64,000 nt of DNA from a virus: the IMG/VR virus record IMGVR_UViG_3300035698_004199, positions 1 to 64,000 of that record; one strand, written 5' to 3'. Made by a program: the position numbers and the translations under genes. Positions 1 to 7,715 of the stretch are shown piece after piece (position 1 is the stretch's first letter; every line of letters begins with the position of its first letter). The notes under the pieces are model-generated. The model had not been told where the DNA came from, ran no database searches, and saw nothing but the letters and a program-made list of their open reading frames with translations.

Positions 1-71
1 AAATCACAGGGGAAATGGTGGTTGGTGGTAATCTAGTAGTGAAAGAAACCCCGCAGTCTGAAAAGAACTAA
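1..71 (+). CDS. 3' end of a hexapeptide-repeat protein, paralog of 188..1123 (partial, runs off window)
   Basis: Frame from nt 3 reads ITGEMVVGGNLVVKETPQSEKN*, matching the C-terminus ITGEMVIDGNQLVSKTPQSEKN* of the next gene. Confidence 0.8.
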   Translation, partial: ITGEMVVGGNLVVKETPQSEKN

Positions 72-117
72 ACATCAAACCCCTTTTTTTCTCTTGCTTC
101 TCTTGCTTCCCCTACTC

Positions 118-160
118 ATTAGTTTTATTATCAGAATGCTTTTATTAGTTAGTGTTTTGT
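118..160 (+). promoter_or_regulatory. Conserved upstream element / putative phage promoter, copy 1
   Basis: ttagttttattatcagaatgcttttattagttagtgtttt is nearly identical to 3553-3592; both lie just upstream of tag-B genes. Confidence 0.55.
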
Positions 161-187
161 TTTTTACCCTTAAGGTGGAGTTTTACA

Positions 188-1123
188 ATGAGTGATCTAA
201 GAGATGCAGTTATCAAATTGGCAAAAGAGACTCCTGTTTTACGGAAGCATTTAGTACCTTTGATTAAGCAGGCTGCTCAACTTAAATATGAGCTAACTGA
301 TATTAGAAAAGGCAGACTTACTCGTATCAAGGCTTTAAGAAACCTTCCAGGTAGTGTTAAGATAGGAGACCTTGGTGGTTGGGTAGAGTCTGAAAAGAAT
401 TTAAGTCAAGCGGGTACCTGTTGGGTTTATGAGGATGCCTCAGTAAGTGGTGATGCACAAATTGCAGGTAGTGCTATAGTTTCTGATAACGCCCAAGTTT
501 TAGGTAATGCAGTTGTTTACCAAGAAGCTCAGATTTCTCGTTACGCCCAGGTTTATGGTAGTGCTGAAGTTTCCGGTAAAGCCAAAGTTTTTGGGGGTGC
601 CAAGGTTTATGATAATGCCTTGGTCTCTGGTAATGCCAAAGTCTATGACGATGCCGAGGTATTTAGTAATGCCGAGGTGTTTGGTAAAGCTCAGGTCTTT
701 GATTATGCCGAGGTGTTTGGTAAAGCTCAGGTATCTGACAATGCCGAGGTATTTGGTAAAGCCATAGTCTATGATAATGCCAAGGTATCTGACGATGCCA
801 AGGTATTAGGTAAAGCTCGGGTCTTTGATTATGCCGAGGTTAAAGACGAAGCCAAAGTTTTTGGGGGTGCCAAGGTCTTTGGCAATGCCGTAGTTCGTAG
901 CACTGCCTCTGTCTTTGACAACGCCAAGATATATGGTAGTGCATGGGTCCTTGGGAGGGCCAAGGTATCTGACAATGCCGAGGTATTTGGTAATGCCTTG
1001 GTCTATGATAAAGCCATAGTGTCTGGTAATGCCCATGTTTATGGCGTGGCTGAAATCACAGGGGAAATGGTGATTGATGGTAATCAATTAGTGTCTAAGA
1101 CGCCACAGTCTGAAAAGAACTAA
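188..1123 (+). CDS. Left-handed beta-helix (hexapeptide repeat, LpxA-like fold) phage protein with N-terminal tag B
   Basis: ATG 188 after GGAG; KYEL..RIKALR..GDLGGWVESEKNLSQ.G.CWVY head followed by many A-x-V-x-G/D-x hexapeptides. Confidence 0.85.
   Translation: MSDLRDAVIKLAKETPVLRKHLVPLIKQAAQLKYELTDIRKGRLTRIKALRNLPGSVKIGDLGGWVESEKNLSQAGTCWVYEDASVSGDAQIAGSAIVSDNAQVLGNAVVYQEAQISRYAQVYGSAEVSGKAKVFGGAKVYDNALVSGNAKVYDDAEVFSNAEVFGKAQVFDYAEVFGKAQVSDNAEVFGKAIVYDNAKVSDDAKVLGKARVFDYAEVKDEAKVFGGAKVFGNAVVRSTASVFDNAKIYGSAWVLGRAKVSDNAEVFGNALVYDKAIVSGNAHVYGVAEITGEMVIDGNQLVSKTPQSEKN
440..1060 (+). repeat. 18-bp coding tandem repeats (hexapeptide units)
   Basis: Recurrent units such as gccgaggtatttggtaaa, gccaaggtatctgacaat, gctcaggtctttgattat, gccaaagtttttgggggt. 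Confidence 0.85.
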
Positions 1124-1135
1124 GGGGGGGGTTTC

Positions 1136-1903
1136 ATGACCACGTCCAAAAGACTTGCAAAACGTTATCTATCAGCACTTACTAAAGGGCGTAGTTTAGT
1201 ACAGGAACAGGACAGGTGGTATGTGGAAGGGGACTCTTGGAGTATCAAGGATCTTTTGAAAAGGCAAGGCTTTAGGTGGGATTCCCATTCAAAGCGTTGG
1301 TGGATCTCTGAAAGGCTTTATAAGACAAGAATTAAGGATGTACAAGAGCTGATCAGTCCAGATACAAGTAGTGTTGAGGCAGAAGATTTAGGTAAGGGCA
1401 TCAGGACTGAAGTTAAGCAAAACAGGGTTTATCTTGTGGGGCCTACTTTTGAGATCAAAGATGATTTGAAGAGATTAGGTTTCCGTTGGGATCCAGGAGC
1501 TAGGGCTTGGTACACAAAGCTATTAGATTGGTCAAGGGTGCGAAATCGTGTGCTTAATCTTGTGGATACTATTAAGACTCGCCAAGAGATTGAAAGAGAG
1601 AGATTGAAGCAAAAAAGAGATGAAGATGCTCAGTGGGAGCAAGATGAAGCAGACATCAGGGAACTTGATGATGATAATTATAATTATGAAAAATACCTAA
1701 AAAGTTGGGAGCAAGATGTTAAACAGACGCGCAGTCCTTCTACTAAGCAGATAAATTACGCTCTTTCATTGTTCCGTAAAACAACTATTGGGGAGTGGTC
1801 TGATATAGGCTATCAGCACATACCTTCAAGAGATGACTTGGAACGGACGACCTCAGCACAGGTTTCCCATATTATAGATTACTTGCAGGAGTACGCAGCT
1901 TGA
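1136..1903 (+). CDS. Tag-A protein with two DUF5710-like domains and a C-terminal KQINYA module
   Basis: N-term SKRLAKRYLSA; two IKDxLKRxGFRWD...W repeats; C-term PSTKQINYALSL. Confidence 0.75.
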   Translation: MTTSKRLAKRYLSALTKGRSLVQEQDRWYVEGDSWSIKDLLKRQGFRWDSHSKRWWISERLYKTRIKDVQELISPDTSSVEAEDLGKGIRTEVKQNRVYLVGPTFEIKDDLKRLGFRWDPGARAWYTKLLDWSRVRNRVLNLVDTIKTRQEIERERLKQKRDEDAQWEQDEADIRELDDDNYNYEKYLKSWEQDVKQTRSPSTKQINYALSLFRKTTIGEWSDIGYQHIPSRDDLERTTSAQVSHIIDYLQEYAA

Positions 1904-3459
1904 TGTGTACCATCCAAAGACTTGCTTCTCGTTATCTATCAGCTGGGTTGACTCTTTTACATGATCACAATGTTGTGCGTGTAAAAGGGAACGCTTATCC
2001 CATCAAAGACGATTTGAAGAGATTGGGTTTCCGTTGGGATGGTAAAGAGTGGTTTATCCCTGAATCTTTATATCGTGTGAAAGAGCGGGCTATCAAGCAG
2101 TTAACAAACCCTCCAAGAAAATCTGAGAGCTTTTCTAATGGCGTGACAGCAATCCCAAAAGGTGATAGTATTTATGTTATGGGGAATGTCTTCTTTATCA
2201 AAGACGATTTGAAGAGATTGGGTTTCCGTTGGGATCCAGGAGCTAAGGCTTGGTTTGTGCGGGAGGACATGTGGGATCGCGTCAGGGGTGCTGTAGAGGT
2301 GCTTTCAAAAAAAGTACCTCCAAGGCTTGATGGCAGGGCAATACGGAAGCAGCGTAGAAATACTGTGGTGCCAGACTATGTGTATCCTATTTCAAAGACA
2401 GCCATTCCTTCTACCAAACAGCACAAACAGAACATAGAGAATGGCCGTGGTGTTGATCCCGGCGGTGATGCTGTTACTCTTGTTGAGTATGGAGAAGTAA
2501 CACCTGAATGGGCTATGAAAGTTATAGAGAAGCTAAAGGATCCTGATGCTGCTTTTGCTTTAGCAACACATGGCGGCTACGCCCCTAAAGAATGGGCTAT
2601 GAAGATTATAGAGAAGAGCCGTGTAGGTGACCCAGCAGACTTAGCTTTCAGGCTAGCTGTTGAGCTAGGTGCCTCTATGCAATGGGTTAAGCGGGTTGTT
2701 GAGAGAGTCAGAGTAGGCAACCCTGCAGCGATAGCAGACATGCTTTTACGTAGGGGGCAAGTTACAAAGGAATGGGCCATGAAAATTAAAGGAAGATCAC
2801 ACAGCAGTCAGCGTCTAGCATCCCGTTATTTAGAGTCCCTTCGGACAGCACGTCTGAATTTGGTACAAGACCATACTGTTGTGCGTATTGAGGGTGACAC
2901 ATATCCTATCAAGGATGATCTGAAAGACTTGGGTTTCCGTTGGGACCCATCAGTTAAACAGTGGGTAATCCCACAGCCTAGGTTTCACCTGAAAGAGCGT
3001 GTTATCAGGCAGCTAATAGAACCTCCCAAAAGACCTAGCTTTATGTCTGAGAAGTTGTCTGATGAAGTGACAGCGGTCCTTAGAGGCGATAATGTTCATC
3101 TTGTAGGAAACACTTTTCATGTCAAAGATAACTTGAAGAGGTTGGGTTTCCGTTGGGATGGTGGTGCTAAAGCTTGGTATGTTAAATTTGACAACTGGAA
3201 GCGAGTACAGGATGCTGTAGAGGCATTAATAAAAAGCACACCAACACCGAGCCGTGTGGTTAGTAGACCCAGTGGAGGTGGTGGTACGCAGAAGCAGATA
3301 AACTATGCTTTGAGGCTTTTAGAAAGGTTAGGTAGTCATGGGTGGCATGACTCTGATTGGGGGCAGGGCTCTCACATGCCTACAAGACGTGAAGTTGAGA
3401 ACATGTCTGGGCGTGACCTATCTGAGATGATTGATATGATGAGGGGCGAGTTTATATAG
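1903..3459 (+). CDS. Tag-A protein with four DUF5710-like domains, helical repeats and KQINYA module
   Basis: TGATG coupling to previous gene; QRLASRYL at N-term and internally; four KDxLKxLGFRWD repeats; ~29-aa EWAMK repeats. Confidence 0.75.
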   Translation: MCTIQRLASRYLSAGLTLLHDHNVVRVKGNAYPIKDDLKRLGFRWDGKEWFIPESLYRVKERAIKQLTNPPRKSESFSNGVTAIPKGDSIYVMGNVFFIKDDLKRLGFRWDPGAKAWFVREDMWDRVRGAVEVLSKKVPPRLDGRAIRKQRRNTVVPDYVYPISKTAIPSTKQHKQNIENGRGVDPGGDAVTLVEYGEVTPEWAMKVIEKLKDPDAAFALATHGGYAPKEWAMKIIEKSRVGDPADLAFRLAVELGASMQWVKRVVERVRVGNPAAIADMLLRRGQVTKEWAMKIKGRSHSSQRLASRYLESLRTARLNLVQDHTVVRIEGDTYPIKDDLKDLGFRWDPSVKQWVIPQPRFHLKERVIRQLIEPPKRPSFMSEKLSDEVTAVLRGDNVHLVGNTFHVKDNLKRLGFRWDGGAKAWYVKFDNWKRVQDAVEALIKSTPTPSRVVSRPSGGGGTQKQINYALRLLERLGSHGWHDSDWGQGSHMPTRREVENMSGRDLSEMIDMMRGEFI

Positions 3460-3473
3460 GCGGGGAGATTCAC

Positions 3474-3550
3474 ACCGTTCATACAAACTTACGTAAAGTT
3501 ATGTATGTGGATTGGTTGCCCAACCCAACCCCAGAATCACATGGCACCCT
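3474..3550 (-). repeat. Orphan exact copy of the TnpB element right end (77 bp)
   Basis: Identical to 7541-7617 base for base. Confidence 0.95.
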
Positions 3551-3551
3551 C

Positions 3552-3592
3552 GTTAGTTTTGTTATCAGAATCCTTTTAGTAGTTAGTGTTTT
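3552..3592 (+). promoter_or_regulatory. Conserved upstream element / putative phage promoter, copy 2
   Basis: Near-identical to 118-160; contains GTTAG-N5-TTAT. Confidence 0.55.
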
Positions 3593-3620
3593 ACTTTTTT
3601 GCCTTGAGGAGAATTTAAAA

Positions 3621-3932
3621 ATGGCATTTCACAGCACAAATTTTGGTTCCTTTTCCAGAGGACTTAGACCTTTTATAGACAAAGACGGGTATGTTCCAGA
3701 AGATGGAGATCGTCAGTCTCTGTTTATTTTTGAGGGCGAGCAGATGACAAACAGTGATTGGCGCTATTTTGTAATGAAGGCTGTAAGTGCTACTGAAGAG
3801 GCTGTGGAAGATCTTAAGCACTGGAGAAAAGGATCCGTTGACCTAAAAGACGCAGTTATCAAGTTGGCTAGAGAGAACCCTGAGTTGCGGAAGCATTTGG
3901 TTCCTCTAATTAGGCAGGCTAAAAAAGAGTAG
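3621..3932 (+). CDS. Hypothetical protein with C-terminal tag B
   Basis: ATG 3621 after GAGGAG; ends VDLKDAVIKLARENPELRKHLVPLIRQAKKE. Confidence 0.75.
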   Translation: MAFHSTNFGSFSRGLRPFIDKDGYVPEDGDRQSLFIFEGEQMTNSDWRYFVMKAVSATEEAVEDLKHWRKGSVDLKDAVIKLARENPELRKHLVPLIRQAKKE

Positions 3933-3940
3933 TCTACTAT

Positions 3941-4381
3941 ATGCCACGTAAACGCCGTAAAAACCCCTTCCCTTCAACATTATTTAAGAAAGCCTATTCT
4001 GAACCATCGCCCGATGGTTTGTGGTGGGTTTATGTCCTTGAATCCGTCAAACCCATACTAGCCCGTTCCTATGGGCACACCTATGTAGGTTCCACAAACA
4101 ACCCTGTGCGTCGCTACAAGCAGCATATGGGCGTTTTGCCCGGAGGTGCCAGAGCTACTAAGAGCCATAGGCCGTGGCGCATAGCAGCCATATTTGGGCC
4201 TTACAGCAACAGGTCTGAAGGTTGCAAGGCTGAGTATGCTCTAAAGAGGCGGCGGGGCTTAGGGCGTGTTAATTGGAAACCAGAAAACTCAATCTGGTGC
4301 AGGGGCTTAGGGATAGAGGACCCTCGTGTAGTAGAAGGACGCCGGTTGCTTGAGGGCTTTCAATCGTTAGACGCATTATAG
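3941..4381 (+). CDS. GIY-YIG nuclease (SLX1/UPF0213-like)
   Basis: WVYVL..TYVGSTNNPVRRYKQH..GGARAT..RPW..AEYALK pattern. Confidence 0.85.
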   Translation: MPRKRRKNPFPSTLFKKAYSEPSPDGLWWVYVLESVKPILARSYGHTYVGSTNNPVRRYKQHMGVLPGGARATKSHRPWRIAAIFGPYSNRSEGCKAEYALKRRRGLGRVNWKPENSIWCRGLGIEDPRVVEGRRLLEGFQSLDAL

Positions 4382-4427
4382 AACACGGGAATCTAGGAAC
4401 GTGTTTTTTATTGAAGGAATTGTAAAT

Positions 4428-4580
4428 ATGAACGCTCTGAATAAACTGGCTGCTCGTTATCTTGAAGCATCAGGATTTGATAATATAAAGAACTACTTGA
4501 AGGATAAAGCAGACCAAAGGCTTGCCTCCCGTTATATGGAAGCAGCAGATAAGGCAGGCAGCAACTTTATACTTCGCTAA
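4428..4580 (+). CDS. 50-aa microprotein consisting of two tag-A copies (not in ORF track)
   Basis: AAGGA upstream; MNALNKLAARYLEASGFDNIKNYLKDKADQRLASRYMEAADKAGSNFILR*. Confidence 0.75.
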   Translation: MNALNKLAARYLEASGFDNIKNYLKDKADQRLASRYMEAADKAGSNFILR

Positions 4581-4590
4581 GGATTAAAAA

Positions 4591-5274
4591 ATGGCATTGA
4601 CCAGACAACAGTCAGTAGTTACTTTTTCCACTAATTCTGGTGGGCAGGAATACCTGTTTGATGTGCTGGTAGATTCTTTTGGGGCTGTCTCTGTAAGAAA
4701 TGTCAGGAGTCCTTTGGGGCTCATCATGGACCCGTACACTACAATGCCTAACATAGTAGTTACAGATATGCAAGAAGCCAAGCTTATGGTAGCCCAGCTT
4801 ATGTCTGAAACGACTGTTACATCCGGCACTATAACCTTTGCAGGAGAGACCAGCCAAACTCAGGCTATTGCTTCTGGGCTACTAAACAATACAAACTATA
4901 GAGTGGCTTACACCACTACGGATGGGATGCTCCTAAATACTACAGGGCAGACGACTACAGCTTTCACAGTGAATGCGGCGTCCGCTTATGGTACTGTTGC
5001 AGTCCCTATAACAGTAGATTATACCATATTAGTAGCTACACAGCAGACTAGTGGTTATAGTGGCACAGCTTCTATCATACAGGCAGATGCGGGTGCTTCA
5101 ACCGTAACCTTCCCTACGGCTATGGTTACAGAGAATTACAGTGTGGTTTTATCTCCGAACGGCTTTATGCCAGTTTATTTGAGTGCAAAGAGCAAGACGG
5201 GTTTTACAATTCAATTAGGCTATACCATGGAAGTTGGGGAAACCGCTACCGTGGGTTTTGATGTGTTTGTTTGA
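4591..5274 (+). CDS. Probable virion structural protein with two beta-rich C-terminal repeats
   Basis: Thr/Val-rich; duplicated SGT..NY.V..T/S..G..K/T..T.FT(V/I) module typical of fibre/decoration proteins. Confidence 0.55.
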   Translation: MALTRQQSVVTFSTNSGGQEYLFDVLVDSFGAVSVRNVRSPLGLIMDPYTTMPNIVVTDMQEAKLMVAQLMSETTVTSGTITFAGETSQTQAIASGLLNNTNYRVAYTTTDGMLLNTTGQTTTAFTVNAASAYGTVAVPITVDYTILVATQQTSGYSGTASIIQADAGASTVTFPTAMVTENYSVVLSPNGFMPVYLSAKSKTGFTIQLGYTMEVGETATVGFDVFV

Positions 5275-5293
5275 TTATAGAGGAGTGTACACC

Positions 5294-6808
5294 ATGGAAA
5301 AAGTATCTAGGACTGAGTTAGTCAAGTTGGCAAAAGAGATTCCTGAGATGCGGAAGCATTTAGTACCTTTACTAATGAGCAAGTCCGCTATGGAGTTTGA
5401 CACACCAGAAGCACTTAAGAAATATCTGAAAGAACACCCAGGGGCAGATAAGTCTTTACATAAGGTTAAGAAACAAGAAGCCCCAAAGAAGGTACCTGCT
5501 AAAGAAGTTCCGAAGGGAAAGTGGGGGCAAGACTTTAATGGTTCAGATGGTTATACAGGAGAGCGCCTGCCCAAAGATGCTATAGATGATATGACCCAAA
5601 TAGGGGGTGTTGAGTCCCAGGTTAATGATTGGGTTGAAAAACTTGGATGGCATGTGCCTATCGAAGCAGGAAAACAGTACATCCAGGAAACAGGTGCCTA
5701 CGACGAAGAGGAGCTAGAAGATAAGGACCAAGATTGGGTCAATGAATTCACACTGTGGCTTGCAGCTGGGGATCAGCGGAAGGAAGAACAGCAGGCGGAA
5801 GAAGGCTCCTATGAGAGCCCCTCAAAAAAAGCAACCTTACTTAAGTTGGCAAAAGAGATTCCTTCTTTGAGGGCATTGGTTGTTCCACTACTTAGGGAAG
5901 CATCTGATCCTAAGTATCAGAACTATGTGAAAAAGAAACGCGACAAGGGTGAGAAGCCTTTGGACCAGAAGGCTTGGGAAAGCAAGGTTTTGAACAAAGG
6001 CGTGAAAGACAAGCAGATCAATCTGCCTTTCAAACCCAAGAAAGAAGAAGTTCCTGAAAAGAAAGTTCCTGAAAAGAAGGTTCCCTCTGAGAAAGACAGT
6101 AAGACAGTCGCCCTGTCCCCAGCGGCTAACAAATCTTTGGTAAGTGCTTTGGAGGGTTTTAATACATCTGGTGCTTGGGAACATGTGATTAGTTTCGCTC
6201 TTTCTGGCAAACAACCCATTGAGAAGAAACATGCCCAGAAGGTGGTGGATGACATAGACTCCTATTTGGAGAATTGGGACAGTACAGCAAAGTCTTACGG
6301 TTGGTCAGCCAAGGATAAGAAGAATCTAATTAAGGCCAAAACTATTCTGGAAAAAGGTCTGGGGGGAAAGAAAGCCCCTGTAGAAGAGAAGAAACAGGAA
6401 GTGCCAAAGAAAGCCCCTGCAAAGAACAAACCTAAAACAACGGGCACGTGGAATAAATGGCTTGGAGGCAAGCAGAACCTTAACACGATAGCTATTAACA
6501 ACCAGCTTGAAAATACAGACATGGACGAAGTAAAGGAATTTGTAAAGTCTAAGCCTTGGCCCGCCAAAGGGAATATTTCAGATGCTCAGTTAATGCAGAA
6601 GTTCCTTCAGAATGCCACACCTGAAACCCGTGAGCGGATGAAAGGGCTTAGCCCCGTAGAATTCAAGGAAATTATGGCTGCTATCATGGATGATGAAGAA
6701 GGTAATGGCAAGAAAGCCTCTGATACTGTTCTCCGTTCTGCATTGATTAAACTGGCCCATGCTAATCCAGAACTGAGATCTCAGTTGCTGCCACTAATCA
6801 AAAGATAA
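5294..6808 (+). CDS. Lys/Glu-rich modular protein with three tag-B copies (candidate internal head protein)
   Basis: ATG 5294 after AGGAG; tag B at N-term, middle and C-term. Confidence 0.75.
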   Translation: MEKVSRTELVKLAKEIPEMRKHLVPLLMSKSAMEFDTPEALKKYLKEHPGADKSLHKVKKQEAPKKVPAKEVPKGKWGQDFNGSDGYTGERLPKDAIDDMTQIGGVESQVNDWVEKLGWHVPIEAGKQYIQETGAYDEEELEDKDQDWVNEFTLWLAAGDQRKEEQQAEEGSYESPSKKATLLKLAKEIPSLRALVVPLLREASDPKYQNYVKKKRDKGEKPLDQKAWESKVLNKGVKDKQINLPFKPKKEEVPEKKVPEKKVPSEKDSKTVALSPAANKSLVSALEGFNTSGAWEHVISFALSGKQPIEKKHAQKVVDDIDSYLENWDSTAKSYGWSAKDKKNLIKAKTILEKGLGGKKAPVEEKKQEVPKKAPAKNKPKTTGTWNKWLGGKQNLNTIAINNQLENTDMDEVKEFVKSKPWPAKGNISDAQLMQKFLQNATPETRERMKGLSPVEFKEIMAAIMDDEEGNGKKASDTVLRSALIKLAHANPELRSQLLPLIKR

Positions 6809-6814
6809 GAAGTC

Positions 6815-7315
6815 TCAAGACTTTACAACGCCCAATATATTCAGCAGCTTTTCAGTGACCGCCCGTACTACAAAGTTTTTAGCAGCCTTCCGGCGTAACC
6901 GGGCTGGTACTTGAACTTTTAATTCATGTGTATTTGTTGTCCCGTAGCAAGCTACCAGAATAGCTACATAGACTTCACCTGGGATTGAGTCCTTAGGGTT
7001 TGCTGGGTCTACTTGGTTCAAGCTGCCTGTAATCCCTACGCTTATAAAGTCTATGGGTTTGGAAAGGTTGGTCCAAGCTGCATAAGCCATGGCATTTGCA
7101 GTCTCTTGTGAATAGACACTGTACTTGTCTATGGTGTCAGCAGGCACCCCAAACCGAATCTTAGAAAGGTTGCTGTAAGTGATGTGGCTTTCAGCCAATA
7201 CAAAGCTGGATCCAGGGATGTCAGTTATAGCAGAAGCCAAGGCCCCACCGGTGCAAGATTCTACTGTGTAAATCTGAAACCTGTATTTTCTCAAACCTGT
7301 AATAACTCTTTTCAT
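6815..7315 (-). CDS. pncC: NMN deamidase (PncC / CinA C-terminal domain)
   Basis: ESCTGG, IPGSS, TYSNLSK, VYSQETANAMA, SVGITG motifs; GGAGG before ATG 7315. Confidence 0.85.
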   Translation of the reverse strand: MKRVITGLRKYRFQIYTVESCTGGALASAITDIPGSSFVLAESHITYSNLSKIRFGVPADTIDKYSVYSQETANAMAYAAWTNLSKPIDFISVGITGSLNQVDPANPKDSIPGEVYVAILVACYGTTNTHELKVQVPARLRRKAAKNFVVRAVTEKLLNILGVVKS

Positions 7316-7422
7316 CTTAAAGCCTCCGTTCATACGAGTACACTACTCTAAAGTAGTAATGGATGATCCAAGTTTAGAGTAGAGTACTCCAGTAAGTTTT
7401 TATATGAAAGGGGGCACCCATT

Positions 7423-7563
7423 TTGGATTCTTCAGATCAGTCTTATTTTTGGTTGTCGCACAAAGGGCAGTTAGTAGAACTAGTGGGGTTAGAGCTTGCT
7501 GCTTTGGATGCTATCCGTTCTGTTTTGGATCAAGGGCAAAACCGTTCATACAAACTTACGTAA
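7423..7563 (+). CDS. Possible small ORF running into the element right end
   Basis: TTG after AAGGGGG; MDSSDQSYFWLSHKGQLVELVGLELAALDAIRSVLDQGQN then element-derived RSYKLT*. Confidence 0.25.
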   Translation: MDSSDQSYFWLSHKGQLVELVGLELAALDAIRSVLDQGQNRSYKLT

Positions 7564-7715
7564 AGTTATGTATGTGGATTGGTTGCCCAACCCAACCCCA
7601 GAATCACATGGCACCCTTAAAAAATAAGAAATTACCATTACTGAGTTCTTGCTTCATTGAGATTTGCCTAACCAACCTAAATTGATCTGGTCTTACGACC
7701 CCTCCACAAGCGTTT
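7522..7715 (-). ncRNA. Putative TnpB omegaRNA (reRNA); predicted guide TTTTGCCCTTGATCC...
   Basis: Overlaps tnpB 3' end (AACGCTTGTGGAG...GAAGCAAGAA), several hairpins up to the right end; position follows known TnpB biology; boundaries approximate. Confidence 0.6.

Noticed and set aside
3501-3620. ORF-track N-terminal extension MYVDWLPNPTP...
   Set aside because: Derives from the inserted 77-bp repeat and promoter block; the RBS supports ATG 3621
7404-7685. 93-aa + strand ORF
   Set aside because: Crosses the element boundary antisense to tnpB/omegaRNA; no RBS or recognisable content
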